The notes beneath the pieces are model-generated. The model searched no databases and was not told the origin of the DNA. It saw only the letters and a program-made list of their open reading frames with translations. Source: Camelus dromedarius (taxonomy: Eukaryota). From it: DNA of 64,000 bases. The position numbers were made by a program, and so were the translations under genes. This document shows, one piece after another, positions 39,732 to 53,562 of this stretch; positions within the stretch are counted from its first letter, which is position 1; every line of letters begins with the position of its first letter. The stretch covers positions 78,680,001 to 78,744,000 of the forward strand of contig NC_087436.1 in NCBI RefSeq assembly GCF_036321535.1, read 5' to 3'.

Positions 39732-41424
39732 AGCTGATACATCTCGATCCATTTACTTCTTCCTCCTTCCCTGGTGGGACTGTGTTAGCCAAAGAAGAGG
39801 ACTCTGTTATATATACTTTTCATATCCAAAATAATCTATTTGTCCTTCTTTAGCCCATACCCAGCTTATAATGTGACCAAAGAACCTGCAATAGAAAAAA
39901 ACACTGCTGTGCTCTCTACTCTCTGTGCTGGAGGAGGATTCCTGGAGGTACCGGGAGATGAACGTTTGATTTGGATTGGTTTCATAAGCTATTCTGGCTT
40001 GGTGAGTTCAGATATCTGACTGGAAGTACTTCTGCAAAGAAAAAATGTATATATCTATTAAAATAACTCTCTTCACAGCCTCAGTTATTGGAGAATTAAA
40101 AGTTAAAACTGAGAGTTTTTCCTTGTTCTTCCATCTTTCCAGGCACCTCTAAGATAAACTGGCTCATCACTTCCAGTCACAGCAGAAGGTGTCACCCAGA
40201 CTTGACTTACTTTTCCCAGCAAAGTCAAGCTCCACTCTTTCCCTGAGCTGTATCAACGTGGTACCAAGCAGCTAGGAGGGGGCATTTTCCCTTGCCTTTT
40301 TAAAGAAAGATGGGGGGAGACAGAAGGATACTCCACCCACCTAAGGTACAGTTTTATCTTTGCTTTCTGAATCATGCTTCCTTTTTATCTTGTGTAATAT
40401 TTACTCCATTGCTGTAAGTCTTCCAGTAATACCGCATAGTAAAAAACTTAGGATAAGTGCTCCGCTGTCCCAAATGGTAAACTAGGTCTCGAACAACGTC
40501 ACTTAATGCATTTTTGACAAAAGGAGGAAAAGAGCCAGAATCGCATAAATCTCCTTGAAAGGGTTCTGGCATTTAGACTCAGTTGGGAAGACTCTCCTCC
40601 AAATGGTGTCATTTATCCAAATGATTTGCAAAGCTGTTATCCAGATGGTCAAATCCTCCTGGAGTGCCAGCACCACTGATTCTCCGTACATTTCTATCGC
40701 CTGTTCTTTTCTTCCAATAAACAGCTTTCCCAAAGTTGGAGCAATCTTCGTTCACTCTCTTTCACTGAATCTGTGGTAGGAGTGTGACTGCAGAGTGGGG
40801 GCTGAACATCCTGACCTGCTTCCCTGCTTCCCTGAAGCTCTTGTTCTTCCTTAGAGGGAAAACGAACTGTATCAAAGATTCGCCGTGGCTCCTGCTGTCA
40901 ACATTTTTGTTCCTCTGTAGGTCTTCTTGCTTTAATGCTCAGGAGAATACTGGGTCATTTGAAAATTTACAATCTCACAGAAGCAAACAAAGTGTTACCT
41001 TAAGCCCACATTAACTTAGCACCTAAGCCTCCAACTACATTTTAACATGATTCGAAAAGAGGGTCTTGATAAAGTTGAGGTCATATGATTATTCATACTT
41101 TTATCTTCAAATTCCAAACCAGTGGTTCTTACAGAATAATCTAGTGAAAGCTGCTAAAGTCAAAGAATATTACATACTGTTACCATTGATAATCCTTAAA
41201 GACAAACTTCCTACTCCTTCAGGTGACGGTAAAACTCCTCCAATCTGCAGCTGGAAAAGCAAAGCTCATTGGATCATCTTCATTTGTAGATTCTAAAATT
41301 TTACTAGTAAGAAACCACTTATGAAAGTGAAATGTCCCAAAAGTTAAGATAATATTTTGGGGGCCTGGAAATGATTTGCTTGTTATGAGTTAGAAGGATT
41401 TTGTATAACTTCGGGTAATGGTGA

Positions 41425-41670
41425 GAGGCAGTTATAGTTCATGGACTTGGGAGCCAGATTACTCAGGCTTGGAATCCCAGCTCTGCCACTTACTATAGTG
41501 GCTGTTTGACCTTTGCTGTTAAGCCCTCTCTGTGCCTCAGTTTCTTCATCTGTAAAATGGGAATGATAATGGTACCTACCTCATTGGGTTTTTATGAGGG
41601 TTGAAAATACATTTAAAGCACTGATTACAGTGCCTGGCATTTGATGGCTTTTCAATAAATCTTAATTATA
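41425..41670 (+). mobile_element. MIR SINE
   Basis: MIR core: ctctgtgcctcagtttcttcatctgtaaaatgggaatgataatggtacctacctca. Confidence 0.85.
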
Positions 41671-42576
41671 TGCCACTGCAAGTGATATTCAAGGTCTTCA
41701 GTGATCTTTTTAAAGATTTTATAATTTATCAGGAATTGAGCTCTCTGCCAAAGCAATTTTTTATTCTGCTCTCAGGCCATCTGGAATGGAGCAGAAGAGA
41801 TTAACGAGTCACCCACTAGACACTCTGCAGTGCATATGAACCAACAGCATCCTTGATTTTTTTTTAAGCTTCTGGGAATCTTGAGTTATTTTCTACGTCT
41901 GTCATAGACAAATGTGAAGGACTTGTCTTATTTTGTAATTGATTTACAATTATAAATGGTAATGACAAGGACTATTCATTTTGCTTTGTCTCTGAAATGT
42001 TTGCAGGGTCTCAGATGTAAGTCAACACAGAGAGACCTGCAGTACAACAAACTCATTATGCTGATGGTTAAAATGTTGCTTTCTCTGAATCCTACGTTTG
42101 GGAAAGCACGATAGCTTGAGTGACCTGGTGTCACCCTAAAAACACATGACTTCCTCTAATCAGGCAGAAATAAATAATACTATTCAAACCATTAGGCCAA
42201 ATCATTTCCATGAGCACTGGAGAGAAACGATATATTAATAAAGGAATTCCATAAAATATTACCATCTCCAAAAGAACATGATAATTTCTATGTAGAACCA
42301 GCAGTGACTGGTTTTTCCTCAGTGTTCCCTTGATTTCTAAAATCAATACTTTCATTCAGTTGACAGAGACTTACAGGGATTCTTTCAGGCTAGTGGCCCA
42401 AATGATTCTTTTTCTCAGAAATCAATGGAACATACTGTCCTCACACCATTCCCAGAATAATCCCAGAAGGAAGTCCCTTCTTCCAGTATTTCAATTCAAT
42501 ATCTTCTTAGCATTTCTATGCCAAGATTGTCCTCAGAGTCCGTTTATATCAGTAATATTAAAAAATATTACCTACA

Positions 42577-43060
42577 TGTGGCAGATATAATTGCCAACCC
42601 AACAATCGTTTCTCTTAGCTAACAGAATGTAGTTTTACTCAGGACAGCAGTGTGTTCAGCCCAAGGATATAAGCCAGTCATAGCTATCTCATTTTCCTAA
42701 GAGAAGTGTCTTTCCAGACTCCCTTGCACCTGAGATGCAAGGGGAAGACTACTGAGTTGCAAATGGGAAAGCTTTGCATCCCTGCTAATGGAAAGCCTCT
42801 TTTCTGCTCACTTTTCTCCTTTCCCACTTGGGATGCTGTTGTGAAAGTATGATACTAACGCTATGGCAGCCATAATGTAACCATGAAACCACAAACACAA
42901 GGACCCAAAGACAGCATACTGAGGATGACAGAATAAAAGATGGAAAGAACTGACTTCCTGATAATATCATTGAAATACTGTACTAAATTCCCAATATCGT
43001 TAGCTCCCAAACTTCTTGTAATGTGAACCAGTTAAGTCTTTATTGCTTTATTACTGTGGC
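42577..43060 (+). mobile_element. MaLR LTR (MLT1J/K-like)
   Basis: tgtggcagata...ggcagccataatgtaaccatgaa...actgaggatgacagaataaaagatggaaag. Confidence 0.55.
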
Positions 43061-43209
43061 TGGTATAGCACCAAAATCCATTTGCCCTTTTTCATTATAA
43101 CTGGGCAAGTGGCTCTTCAACTACACCATAATTAGCAGTCTTCCTTCAAGTAAGTGTGGCCTGTATGTAAGTTCTCTTCAACGGAATGTGAGTGAAGGCT
43201 CATACAATA

Positions 43210-44320
43210 ATAATATTGTATTATATAGAAAACGTTCTGTATTTTCTAGAGGTGCACACTGAAGTATTTGGGGATTAATTGTTATAATGTCTAAAATTTA
43301 TTTTTAAAAACCTCATCCATGGGGTGATAAAAAGTTTTAGAAATAGAGTGGAGATGATTATACAACATTCTGAATGTAATTGCCACTGAACTGTAAACTT
43401 AAAAATTGTTAACATGGTCAATTTTATGTCACATGTATTTGCCATAGTAAAAAATTAATTTAAAAAACCCACATCATTAAATAAAGAGGTACTCCAACAC
43501 ATCCATTAGGATGTCTATTATTAAAATCAAATCCAAAACCAAAAAACCTAGAAAATAACAAATGTTGGTGAAGATGTAGAGAAACTGGAACCCTTGTGCA
43601 CTGTTGCTGGGAATGTAAAACTGGGCAACTGCTGTAGTAAACAGCATGGTAGTTCCTCAAAAACACAGAGTTATCTTGTGCTGAACACTGGAATTTGACA
43701 CAACACTGTAAAATGATTATAAATCAATCAAAATGTTAAAAAAAAAAAAACCACAGAGTTATCATATGATCCAATAACACCATTTCTGGATATATATCCA
43801 TAAGAACTGAAAGCAGAGACTCAGAGAGATATCTGCACACCCATGTTCATAGCAGCATTTTTCAAGGTAGCCAAAAGGTAGAAGCAACCCAAGCGTCCAT
43901 CAATGGATAGACAAACAAAATGTGGTGTAAATACACAATGGAATATTATTCAGCCTTAAAGAGGAAGGAAATTCTGGCACATGATACAACATGGACATTA
44001 TGAGGACACAATGCTAAGTGAATAAGCCAGTCAGAGAAGGACAAATACTGTACAATTCCACTTATATGAGGTCCCCAGAGTAGTCAAGTTCATAGAGAGG
44101 GAAAGTAGAAGGGTGGCTGGTGGGGCGGGAGGAAAGAAGGGGATAGGAAGTTAGTCTTTTATGGCTACAGAGTTTCAGTTTTGCAAGATGAGACGCATTC
44201 TGGAGATGGATGAGGGTGATGGTTGCAAAACAATGTGAACACACAATGCTACAGAATTATACACTTAAAATGGTCAATTTTATCATCTGATGTTTTACCA
44301 CAACAGTTTAAAAAAAGAAC
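43210..44320 (+). mobile_element. Old L1 3' fragments with a short camelid L1 tail inserted at 43676-43751
   Basis: L1 ORF2 3' and 3'UTR text; the insert is flanked by TSD cacagagttatc. Confidence 0.85.
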
Positions 44321-44399
44321 AGAAACAAGAAAGATATCTTCCAAAAATCTGACCTGTGCCAAGAAAGTCTCTTAATTCTTTAAAAGTGAAAAAGAAAAC

Positions 44400-45902
44400 G
44401 TAACAGTCACCTGATGCATCTGGCTTGGCAGGCAGGCCACATTCCTACTGAGCCTACAACTTTAGGAGAAATGATTGAAAAGAGCCTGTATTTTAGTATG
44501 AATTGGTTGTTTACTGCTGTTTTTATCAAGGTTTTATAAGAAAGAGACTAACCCAGTGGAGAATAGACTGATTGGCTAACAGAGACACAGATGTGGAGGC
44601 GTTGATGGGTTGGAAAAGCCAACAGCTTCTATATCTCAAACATCACAAGATTAGAGATGAGAAAAAGCACGTGCCCTCCCTCTGAACGCTATTGTTGCAG
44701 AGGACTCAGTAGAGCTGCCATTAAATTCAGTGAGGGAGGCAAGGAAACAAAGAAATACAGCTCAGGACACATGCCATGGAAAGAACTTTGGGAGAGTCTG
44801 CTGGCGTGTGACCTGCCTGGAAGTTAACAGGTCAGAAGCCAGCTGAGTTTCAGAGGGATCTGTATTTGCAAAGGTACCACAGCCAAGCCAATAAACCCTG
44901 TGACCCCTGTACTCTCAGACTTCCGGCTTTGCACCAGCAGTCAGTGTGCGGCAAGAGTGGTCCAGACTCTCGGGGGGGCACATCTCCAGCACCCACTTCA
45001 ATTTGGCTAAAGGGGAAACTGAATAAGAAGAGCCTCCCCTCCCCCAGACAAGGACAAGGGACACACAGAGCCGTGGACAAGAGGGTCCTCCTGAAGAAGA
45101 GAACCAGGTTCTAATCAGGGACCGTCGTCCTCTACCAGGGCAGGGGGCCTGCCCGCCGCCTGCCCCAGGATGCCAGCACTGCTATGAGTCAGGGGCTGCT
45201 GTGGGCATTTCTTTCTCTTCATTTTCAAGTGCAAGTTTTCATCGTGGTTTTCTAACCCCTGTTCCATTACTGCATACTGAGTATGGGTCTGAGTGTTACC
45301 AGGGGAGATAATCTGCCTTTGAGTTCATAGGCGGTCAGACCATTAGGAACGATACTCAAACCTGACGGGAAGGACTGGGCATGACCCAGAGACCATGGAC
45401 TTTCAGGTGGTGTGTTTACTAGAAGGGTTCTTGTTGGCTCCCCTGGGATGAAGTAAGCGGGTTCTCTGTGTTGGAAATAAGGCGTTCATGATACCTGGCG
45501 GCCAGAGGGACTGACCGCGGCAAAGCTGTTGGTTGCCTATGAAGATCCATTGTCCCCTTTTCCCTTCGTGTTAGGAGAATAACTAGGTATTTGGCTGCAC
45601 AGCCTCCTCTGCCCTGTGGAGTGGCCACAGGACTAAATTCTCGCCAGTGGAATGTGGAAGAAGAGATGTGTGCAACTTCCTGGCCCAACACACACGTCTC
45701 TCACTCGTCTCCCAGGGACCGAGATGGTGATGACCAGGAGAAAGAAGTGAGGTTGAGCACAGCCTGTCACAAACCCCTTCTCTCCCACTGATATGGGACA
45801 CCTACCTGGGACTGTTACTTGAAGAGGAAAAAAAGCTTCATTTTTAAGCCACATTGTTGGGTTTCTTTTTGCAGCAGCTGAACCTTTTACTGTAGCTAAT
45901 GC
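44400..45902 (+). mobile_element. MaLR internal remnant plus 3' LTR (about 45510-45902)
   Basis: MLT-int-like text followed by an MLT1-type LTR (ggccacaggactaaattctcgccagtggaatgtggaagaag; ttttaagccac). Confidence 0.5.
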
Positions 45903-46709
45903 ATTCAGAAACTCTGTTAACCACAGCCCAAATATCTGATATCTGCCACTGTTTCCTTTAAAAATGATGAAACCACTGCCCATGAGCTACTTGAGAGGTA
46001 CATGAATTCTTGATAATAATTTAACAGAATTCTGTCCTGATGAATCAGATAAAACCCAAGAATTCCAAGTGACTATGTGTCTTCTCTAAGTATGTGGGAG
46101 AATTAAGGCCAGGGAATGGCTCCCTCACTTAGCATGACCAATATTTTATATATAATTTTTATGTGTAATTTTTACAAGGATTTTACAAACACACAGACAT
46201 ATCTTTTCCCTGAAGCTCTAGTTATATTTTATAGACCTGAAATCAAAGGAATACTCAGGGAATCCTGGGAGATATAAAAAAGGTTGGCTATCATTATTAA
46301 TTTTATTTTCTAGATGACAATGAAGAGATTACTTTCAATTTGCCAGATTCACCAGTTGTAAAGAATCTTTTCTAGACTCTTTGCTGTATGCCATGATCTC
46401 ACGTGCTTTCCTTTCCCTGAGGCAAAAAAAAAAAAAAAAAACACCCCACATAAAAAAACCATAAAGCAGTCTGACCACAAGCTAACTGAAAATGAAATCC
46501 TTGTGCCCGAAAGTCCCTGGTCCAGAGCTTTGAAATAGCATCACCACAACAACCCCTTCTGACCCACAGTCCCAGCTCCAAGTGCCAAAACAATGACTCC
46601 TCGTGATGCTGGCGCTCTCTTGCTAGCTAGGCTCTGATGCCCACACCTCAGGCCTGAAACAAACATGAAGCAAACCAGAGCGAAAAAGAAATCCCCGAAG
46701 GACAGGTTA

Positions 46710-46724
46710 AGTTCAGTAAGTTCA
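46710..46724 (+). promoter_or_regulatory. Perfect DR3 nuclear-receptor element (VDR/PXR-RXR type)
   Basis: AGTTCA-gta-AGTTCA in a non-repeat stretch containing CpGs. Confidence 0.35.
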
Positions 46725-46959
46725 AGAGCTGGGGATCTGAGAAGGAAATTCAGGTAGAATCTTATGCTGCTGGTGGCAGAGTTCTACGGCCAGGAAACGC
46801 TAGGCGACTGCTCGTGACCATTAAACCCCAAACTGAACTTGAAGCCCCTCATCTGACAACCGGGCTGCTGCTCAGTGGGTGTGACACACCACAAGTGATG
46901 GTCAAAATGATCATTCTTCCACTCTCTGTTCTAGTGGGAACACAGAACAGAGCTGGATC

Positions 46960-47200
46960 CATGAGCATTGGTCCTGGGTCCAGAGTCTCTGGTTTTAAAT
47001 CCAGGCTCTGCCACTTAGTTGCTGGATGGTGCTGTGCCGATCGCTTAACCTCTCTAAGCCTTGATTTTCTCATCTTTAGGATGGGATCATAATAGTACCT
47101 ACTTCCTAGGGATGCCATGAGGATTAAGGGAGTTAATACAAGTAAGGCTCTTTGATGAGTATATGGCAAGAGCTCAATAATTGGAAGCTTATTACTATAA
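46960..47200 (+). mobile_element. MIR SINE
   Basis: cttaacctctctaagccttgattttctcatctttaggatgggatcataatagtacctacttc. Confidence 0.8.
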
Positions 47201-48557
47201 AAGGCTGCCATTTGTGCTTCAGAAAAAGAAAGTAGAACTGCAGATGTATTCCAGCTTAATGATGACTGTTTAGGAATTCAGTGAGGAAACTGAAAGAGAA
47301 AGTAGGATAGGCTTTTAATGTTCTCTTGGTGAAGCAGGGTATGACCTTGTACAAAAACCCTTCTAATAGTCTCAGAAATTATGCTGATGACTTCTTCAGA
47401 AGGACAAAAAAAAAAGAAACCGACATGAAATATACGAGACCAGAGGTTGCTTTGTGGAGTTCACATTGGCGCTGAAGAAGATCATACAGCCTCCTCCATC
47501 TCTCTCAAGGCCAGAAGAACTAATCATCAACTCAGAGCCCGAACTCCTGGAACACTCAGAACCATGACATCACCAGAATAAAAGTCAATGGGACCAGGGA
47601 CTTATAAAATGTAGTTAACTGCCTGATGCGTGTTCTCCCACAGCCAGTGGGCATTCCACATATCTTGTACAAGGTGACCTAATGCAGTTTCTCACTGCAT
47701 TCGGTTCTCCTGAAACAGACCTCATAAATCATCAACCTTTTCTCTCACCCTCCACCCCTCATTCCCACAGATGATGTCACTTCATGTTAATTTTAAGCGC
47801 TTAGAAGGCTACAGGGTATAAATAAGGGCATGTCTACAGAATTATGAGCAAAATTAGGAAAATCACCAACAAAGGTGGCTCCACGGTTAACCAATGAAAT
47901 TAAGCATTCAGAGCAGTAACACATCTGAACAACGACTTGTAAGTGTTCTGCTAAGAGACTGGCATGCTTCCCAACTCTCAGAAAAGTAGTGACTGGCATG
48001 AAACTGGAACTCTAAGCTGCTCAATATGCTGGCCCCAGCCCTCGTGCCCCCCGGTGGCTCTCCAAGGGCTCGAGTGTCCTTCACCAGATAGAGGATGCTT
48101 TGGCTTTCGTCCTGGGTCACTTCTTTACAGCAGTGTTTTCCCAACTGTCCCTTTCACAGCTCAGGTGCCAGCTCCCTTCTGCAGCCCATCACTACTTCCC
48201 TGGGAAGATGGATCGTGTATTGATACTCAGTTCCTTCAAGTAGAAGGGAGGGCAGGGTGGAGGTGGAGGAATCGTCTCCTATGACACACATACCAGCTCT
48301 CCCAAGTGCCCCCTTTTAGTTTCATTAAAATTAAACACAAATGGAGACCAGACTTGAAAATACCCTGAGCTGACAGAATCAGTTTAGTTATATAAACAAA
48401 GCTCCATTTAGCTTATTTTGTAAGACAAGCAAGGCTAACCTGACCTGGGTCACTTCTTGTTTATGCTTCTGAAAATCAAAAGTGAGACTTAAATTGCTCC
48501 CCCAAATTGGTAACAGGGTCATCTCTAACCAATTTCCTCTCATTTGAGAAAATTCTA

Positions 48558-48690
48558 GGGGAGAAAGGGTATGGCTCAAGTGGTAAAGTGCATGCTTAGC
48601 ACACACAGGGTCCTGGGTTCAAGCCCCAGTACCTCCTCTAAAAATAAATAAATAAATAAACCTAATTACCCCCCTAGAATAAAAAAAAAA
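48558..48690 (+). mobile_element. Camelid tRNA-Ala-derived SINE
   Basis: gggtatggctcaagtggtaaagtgcatgcttagcacacac...ggttcaagccccagtacctcc plus the aataaacctaattacc tail. Confidence 0.9.
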
Positions 48691-49834
48691 TTAATTCTAA
48701 TATTGTAACCAATCACTTTGAAGAATAAATAACCACTGCCTCCACACAATATGAGCTGCTTTATAACAATATCCCTTTGAAACTCATTCCATGTTTTGGG
48801 TTGAATGCTTCTGGTTTGCAAACTGTCTTTTTCTGGTGTGGGCCCACACTTGGGGAGGGCACTGAGGGGGACCACATGCTTGGGTAATGAGGTGCCACCA
48901 AGGCTTCCTTTACTAGTGATAAGGGGAAGACTGAGCTTTTAGAGTACGATGTTTGCTTTCTGTATTCTCCAGAAACATAAAGACATGGGAGGTGGAGAAC
49001 AGTCTAGAAGGCCACAGGAAAGACTGCCATTCCCATCACACTTCTCTGCCTTGAGAGTTCTCTGGTTCCGACTGGTAAGCTAGCCAGGGTGTGCTCTGTC
49101 CTTGTCACCAAAGTCCACAACTCACCAAAGATAACAACATGGAGAAACCAAAACACTGAATATACTTGAAATAGTTTTGACATGATGGGAGTAAGTGCCA
49201 ACAAAACATCACTGAACATATTCCAAAAATCAGTTAGGGGCCAGTAGCACGCAAAATTTTGTTTCCTGATGAGTCAAATGATACATTTAGAAAGGTAAAG
49301 AGATGCTTCTAGTTTTGTTTGGGGTGCAAATAAAAGTTGGCATCTTAATGCGTGAAATCAAAACCCTGAGAGGCATCAGAGAGCCAACTGTGTGGTCCTG
49401 AAGCATTCTGTACGATGAGAAAGGAGAGAGAGGAAAGAGTGGGTTAGGGTCAAAATGACCTGCTTTATTAAAACACAACAACAACTAATAAACATGACCA
49501 TAATTCAAAACTGGGTTGCAGAAACTAAGATTATCTCAGAGGTACCACTTCATTCTTTGATCTTTTATGAACAACAACAAAACTCTGATTTTTTTCTTTC
49601 TCCAAAGACATTCATTGTACATTTGGGTAGACACTACACATTTCTAAAAAGAGAAAAGTGTATCTTGGGAGCCCTGCCTTTCATCCTCTAGCTGTGAAGG
49701 AACAGCCCATTTCTTTCAAATTGCAAACAAGCTACTTGCAGCTTTCTCTAGCGGCTTCAGAAAAATATCCAAGTAATTGTCTTCTCTGTCTTTCCTCCTT
49801 ATTTACATACCAACCTAAAAAAGGGAGATTGCAT

Positions 49835-50400
49835 TTTCACTCACTCAACAAATATTTACCAAGTGCCTTCCCTAGGTTGGGTATTGTACTGGTGGTGGGG
49901 AAGTTACAGTTAGGAAGAAGGCAAAGATTCTGCCTTCACGGTGTCTAGAGAAGGAGATGGACACAAATAATTACAAATGCAAATGTAATAACTTTCATAA
50001 TAGAAACAAGCTCTACCAAGCCCACAGTAAGGCGTGCATAATCCCACTGAGGAATCCAGGGAGCCATGAACAGAAGAGGTGACATTTGAGATGATCTTGA
50101 AGGAATTCACCAGGCAGACAAAGCTAAAAGGCCATCCTAGGCAGAGCGATGGCTTGAACAAAACCATGGAAACAATTTGATTATGAACCTGTTTTACCAA
50201 TGAAGAGGATTTCAATATAGGACTGGGACTAGGAGAGCAGGAAGCTCTTGCACTGTTCCTGGAGAGAGACACTGATGTCCTGAACCAAAGCAGCAGCAGT
50301 TGAGACATCGTGAAACAGATGAATTCAAGAAATATTTTGAAGGTGGGAGGTTAAAGTAGAAAGAATGCTTGAGGCATTTCATTCTTGAAAACATAACTGA
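49835..50400 (-). mobile_element. L2 remnant
   Basis: cactcactcaacaaatatttaccaagtgcc L2 3' end followed by body. Confidence 0.6.
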
Positions 50401-51936
50401 GGTAGGGTCTGCAAAATACACTTTTCAATGACTAGGAACCCTTTAATTTATTCTACTGAGGGAATTTTTGTAATTGGAGGAAAATCAGTTTGGGCTTAGT
50501 AAAGAAGAAAAAAATTATTGCATTGATAGGATCTGTAGATTTTGTTTTAAAAGAGAAGTATGTAAATGAAAGTACATTCTGGGGACGCAGTCAATATTGA
50601 AATTGAGTAATAAAACCAGAAGGAACTGTATTATTTTCAAATTCTACTCCAGTGGTTTTTCTCCAGTTAAAGTGGTCACAAACCAGAAAATCTAATTAAC
50701 GATGGGGTGGTGGGGAGGGAAGATGAGCCTGAAGATTTACAGGAGATAAAGATTTATGAAAACTCAATGATAATCAGGATAAAGCAAGAGGCCAGGACAG
50801 CTCTTTAATTAAAGCATAACATTCCATTTCTTGTTTTTTTATTGTTTAACAAAAATAAAGAGATATGCAGAACTTTCTCTTAGGCAGAAAAATGTTTAAC
50901 AGCTTCTGATTATGGTTATAAAATGATACCCACAGATGTGGGCAGACATCATTCTGTTTCTCCATGGCTCCACGAAACACATCCCTACCCTCTGCTACAG
51001 GGAGGCCACACAATCGCTTTAACCTCATCCCATTCCTTCCTGCTTGCACCTGAGAGTGGGCCAGCTGACCAACCACGTGAACCTCGTGAACAGGCAGGGA
51101 GGCTGGGGCGCCAGCCATTGCACCCTGGGCTCTACAACCATCCTTGCCCAAGGCCTGAAAGAGCAGGTAGAGGAGAAAAGTTGCAAAGCCCATCTCTTAG
51201 GCAAAGGAAAGAGAACTTTTACAGGAAAGGGAAGGGGTGCATTTGGAGGTTGAAGCTGAGGAGACAAAGGAAACTCTATTTGAATCCAAAGAAAAGATAA
51301 AAATAATGAGAGAAAATTTCTTCTGGCAACGATGTTGGATCCTATCTGCTAAATGGGCTTCATACTTAGAGTGGTCAGAGGTATCACTGAGCCTTTGGGA
51401 TCAACCTGCCTGGAAAGTATTTCCTAGAGAAATAATAACAATATCTGATTGTCATCGTTCCAGAGATGATGATGAGATATTGGTAGCCATTAACATACTA
51501 TGTGCCTAATATTCTGCCAGGTACTTTACATGAATTCTGTCAAGTCCTCACAGCAACTCTGTGAGGTAGAGTTTATTATTATCTCCAGTTTATGAACGAG
51601 AATACAAAGGCTTAACAGAGGGGGTCACAGAGCTAGTAAGTGGTGTGTCCGAGTCTCGCTCACTACATTCTACTAAATTCTATTATCCTTTATTACACTC
51701 ATTAATACAAAAAAAACCTCAGTGAACTATAATGTGTGAAGGATGTTCTAATTAGTTAAGTTCAGATGGCTTTGCTTTTAATTCTTACTGATAATCTTTC
51801 TAAAATCTGTCTAACCTCAGTAAAGATAATGTACTCAGCATAATTATGCCTTTCACTGGCGACTGAGGGTCTTTTGTTGAGAACTATGATTTGTCTCCTA
51901 ACAAATGTGATGTCCTCATCTTTCCCCAAGTAATTC

Positions 51937-52029
51937 TTTTTTTTTTTTTAATGGAAGTTCTGAGGATTGAACCCAGGACCTTGTGCATGCTAATAAGAAT
52001 GTACTCTACCACTGAGCTATTCCCACCCC
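51937..52029 (-). mobile_element. Camelid tRNA-Ala-derived SINE
   Basis: Poly(T), then aatggaagttctgaggattgaacccaggacc...taccactgagctattccc. Confidence 0.88.
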
Positions 52030-52202
52030 GCATCAGTGTAATTCTTATCCAGCTTTCTAGAACCAGTTCTACTGCCAGCCAATCCAATAAGCGTTTTCCT
52101 TTACCACCCAGCCCACAGTGGGGTTTTCTTTTAAAATACTGTCCGTATCTCAGCCTTTTCAGTTCAGAGAGTACATCTCAGAAATTTCAGACCCACGGAT
52201 AT

Positions 52203-52929
52203 TGTGGTGGATTTGTAATGTGTCAACTCGGCTAGCCTGAACGAAGTTTTCCAAAATTTCCTTCCCAGTATGTTTCTGGTGAGAGTGGGGCAAAAAAGGA
52301 TTATTTTCACATGAGATTTGGAGGGGAAAGTGAAGCAGCAGCCATTAAAAAAAAATTTAATTTGGAATAATTTTAGATGCACAGAGCCGTTCTGGTTCCA
52401 CACTCAGAAGGCTGGGGCAGGCGCTTTTGTGGCTCCCACACCAGTTGTTTATCTCCTGGCTCCTCTTCAGTGAGGGGCAGTGCTGGGCCTACAGCTGCTC
52501 CCCTTCTCCGGATGCCCCTTCAGAGCCTCCAACAGCAGGGTCACGAGTGTGTTTAGCCCCATGAGGGAGGCACTCGCAACTCTGGTGGGACATGCACATC
52601 ATCAAGATTGGAGGTAGAATTGACGGGTTCCAGTCTGTCCTTGGGTTTGAGTTCATGCCCATGCTCTCCCCTGTGAGCTTCCCTTTGCTCTCCCCTAACA
52701 CCCCTTTTTCATCTATCCGTCCCTTCCCAAATGTCTGCCCAAGTGGACTCAAGCTCCAGAGTCCACCAGCAGCACAGTGAAGGCAGCAGCTGGGCACAGA
52801 CCGTTTAACCAGCATATAACTATAGTTCAAATCCTTGTAAGCAATCGCACACACGCACACACACGCACACCCCTGCACACCCCTCTATCTGTGGTTCTGC
52901 TTCTCTCTTTGAACCTTGCCTGATAGACA
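52203..52929 (+). mobile_element. ERVL LTR (MLT2-like)
   Basis: tgtggtggatttgtaatgtgtcaactcggctag start; ggttctgcttctctctttgaaccttgcctgatagaca end. Confidence 0.75.
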
Positions 52930-53376
52930 GGGAGGGACTGAAGGTTTGAATTTTGGTTCATTGCTTTTAAAGGGTAAGATCTCCACTCTGATGACTTATT
53001 CATACCCAGAAGCTAAGTTCAAGGGAAGGAAGGAAGAAAAAGAAAGGGTAAGAAGGGAATGATAAGGGGTCACGGAAAGAGAAAAAATAAAAGTAATTTG
53101 TGATAATGGAGCATGTCTACTTCATGCCAGGCACCATGCCTGGTGCTAGAAATATAAAGATCAATAATAACCCTAGACCTCATAATCTGTGGGGGAGGAA
53201 GGATTCTTAAAGAGTGAGCTGTAATAGAGTAAGTGCTGTATAATTGGCATGGATAAAGCGCTATGGGAAAACAGAGGAGGAAGTCATTAATTTTGTCTGA
53301 AAGGAGCAGGGAGGGCTCTGTGGAGGAGGTAACACTGATGCTGGGCCATGAAGAATTAATAGGAAATCCACCTGTA

Positions 53377-53562
53377 CAGGGATTCTCAGACTTTAGCAGG
53401 CATCAGAATCACCTGGAGAGCTCATTAAAACACTGATTTCTCAGCCTCACCTCCGAGTGTCTGATTCAGTAGGCGTGGGGTGGGGCCTGAGAATCTGTAT
53501 TTCTAACTAGTTCCCAGGTGATGCTGACGCTACTGGCCTGGGGACCACAGTGAGAATCGCAG
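53377..53562 (+). mobile_element. MER5A hAT-Charlie MITE
   Basis: catcagaatcacctggagagctcattaaaacac...ctgattcagtagg...ggcctgagaatctgtatttctaac. Confidence 0.85.

Noticed and set aside
40372..40779. Overlapping 66-76 aa ORFs as a processed pseudogene or small gene
   Set aside because: No protein family recognised and no poly(A) or TSD. The region is kept only as a candidate 5'UTR or promoter block.
50846..51509. Cluster of overlapping ORFs on both strands
   Set aside because: No recognisable homology or consistent splice structure.
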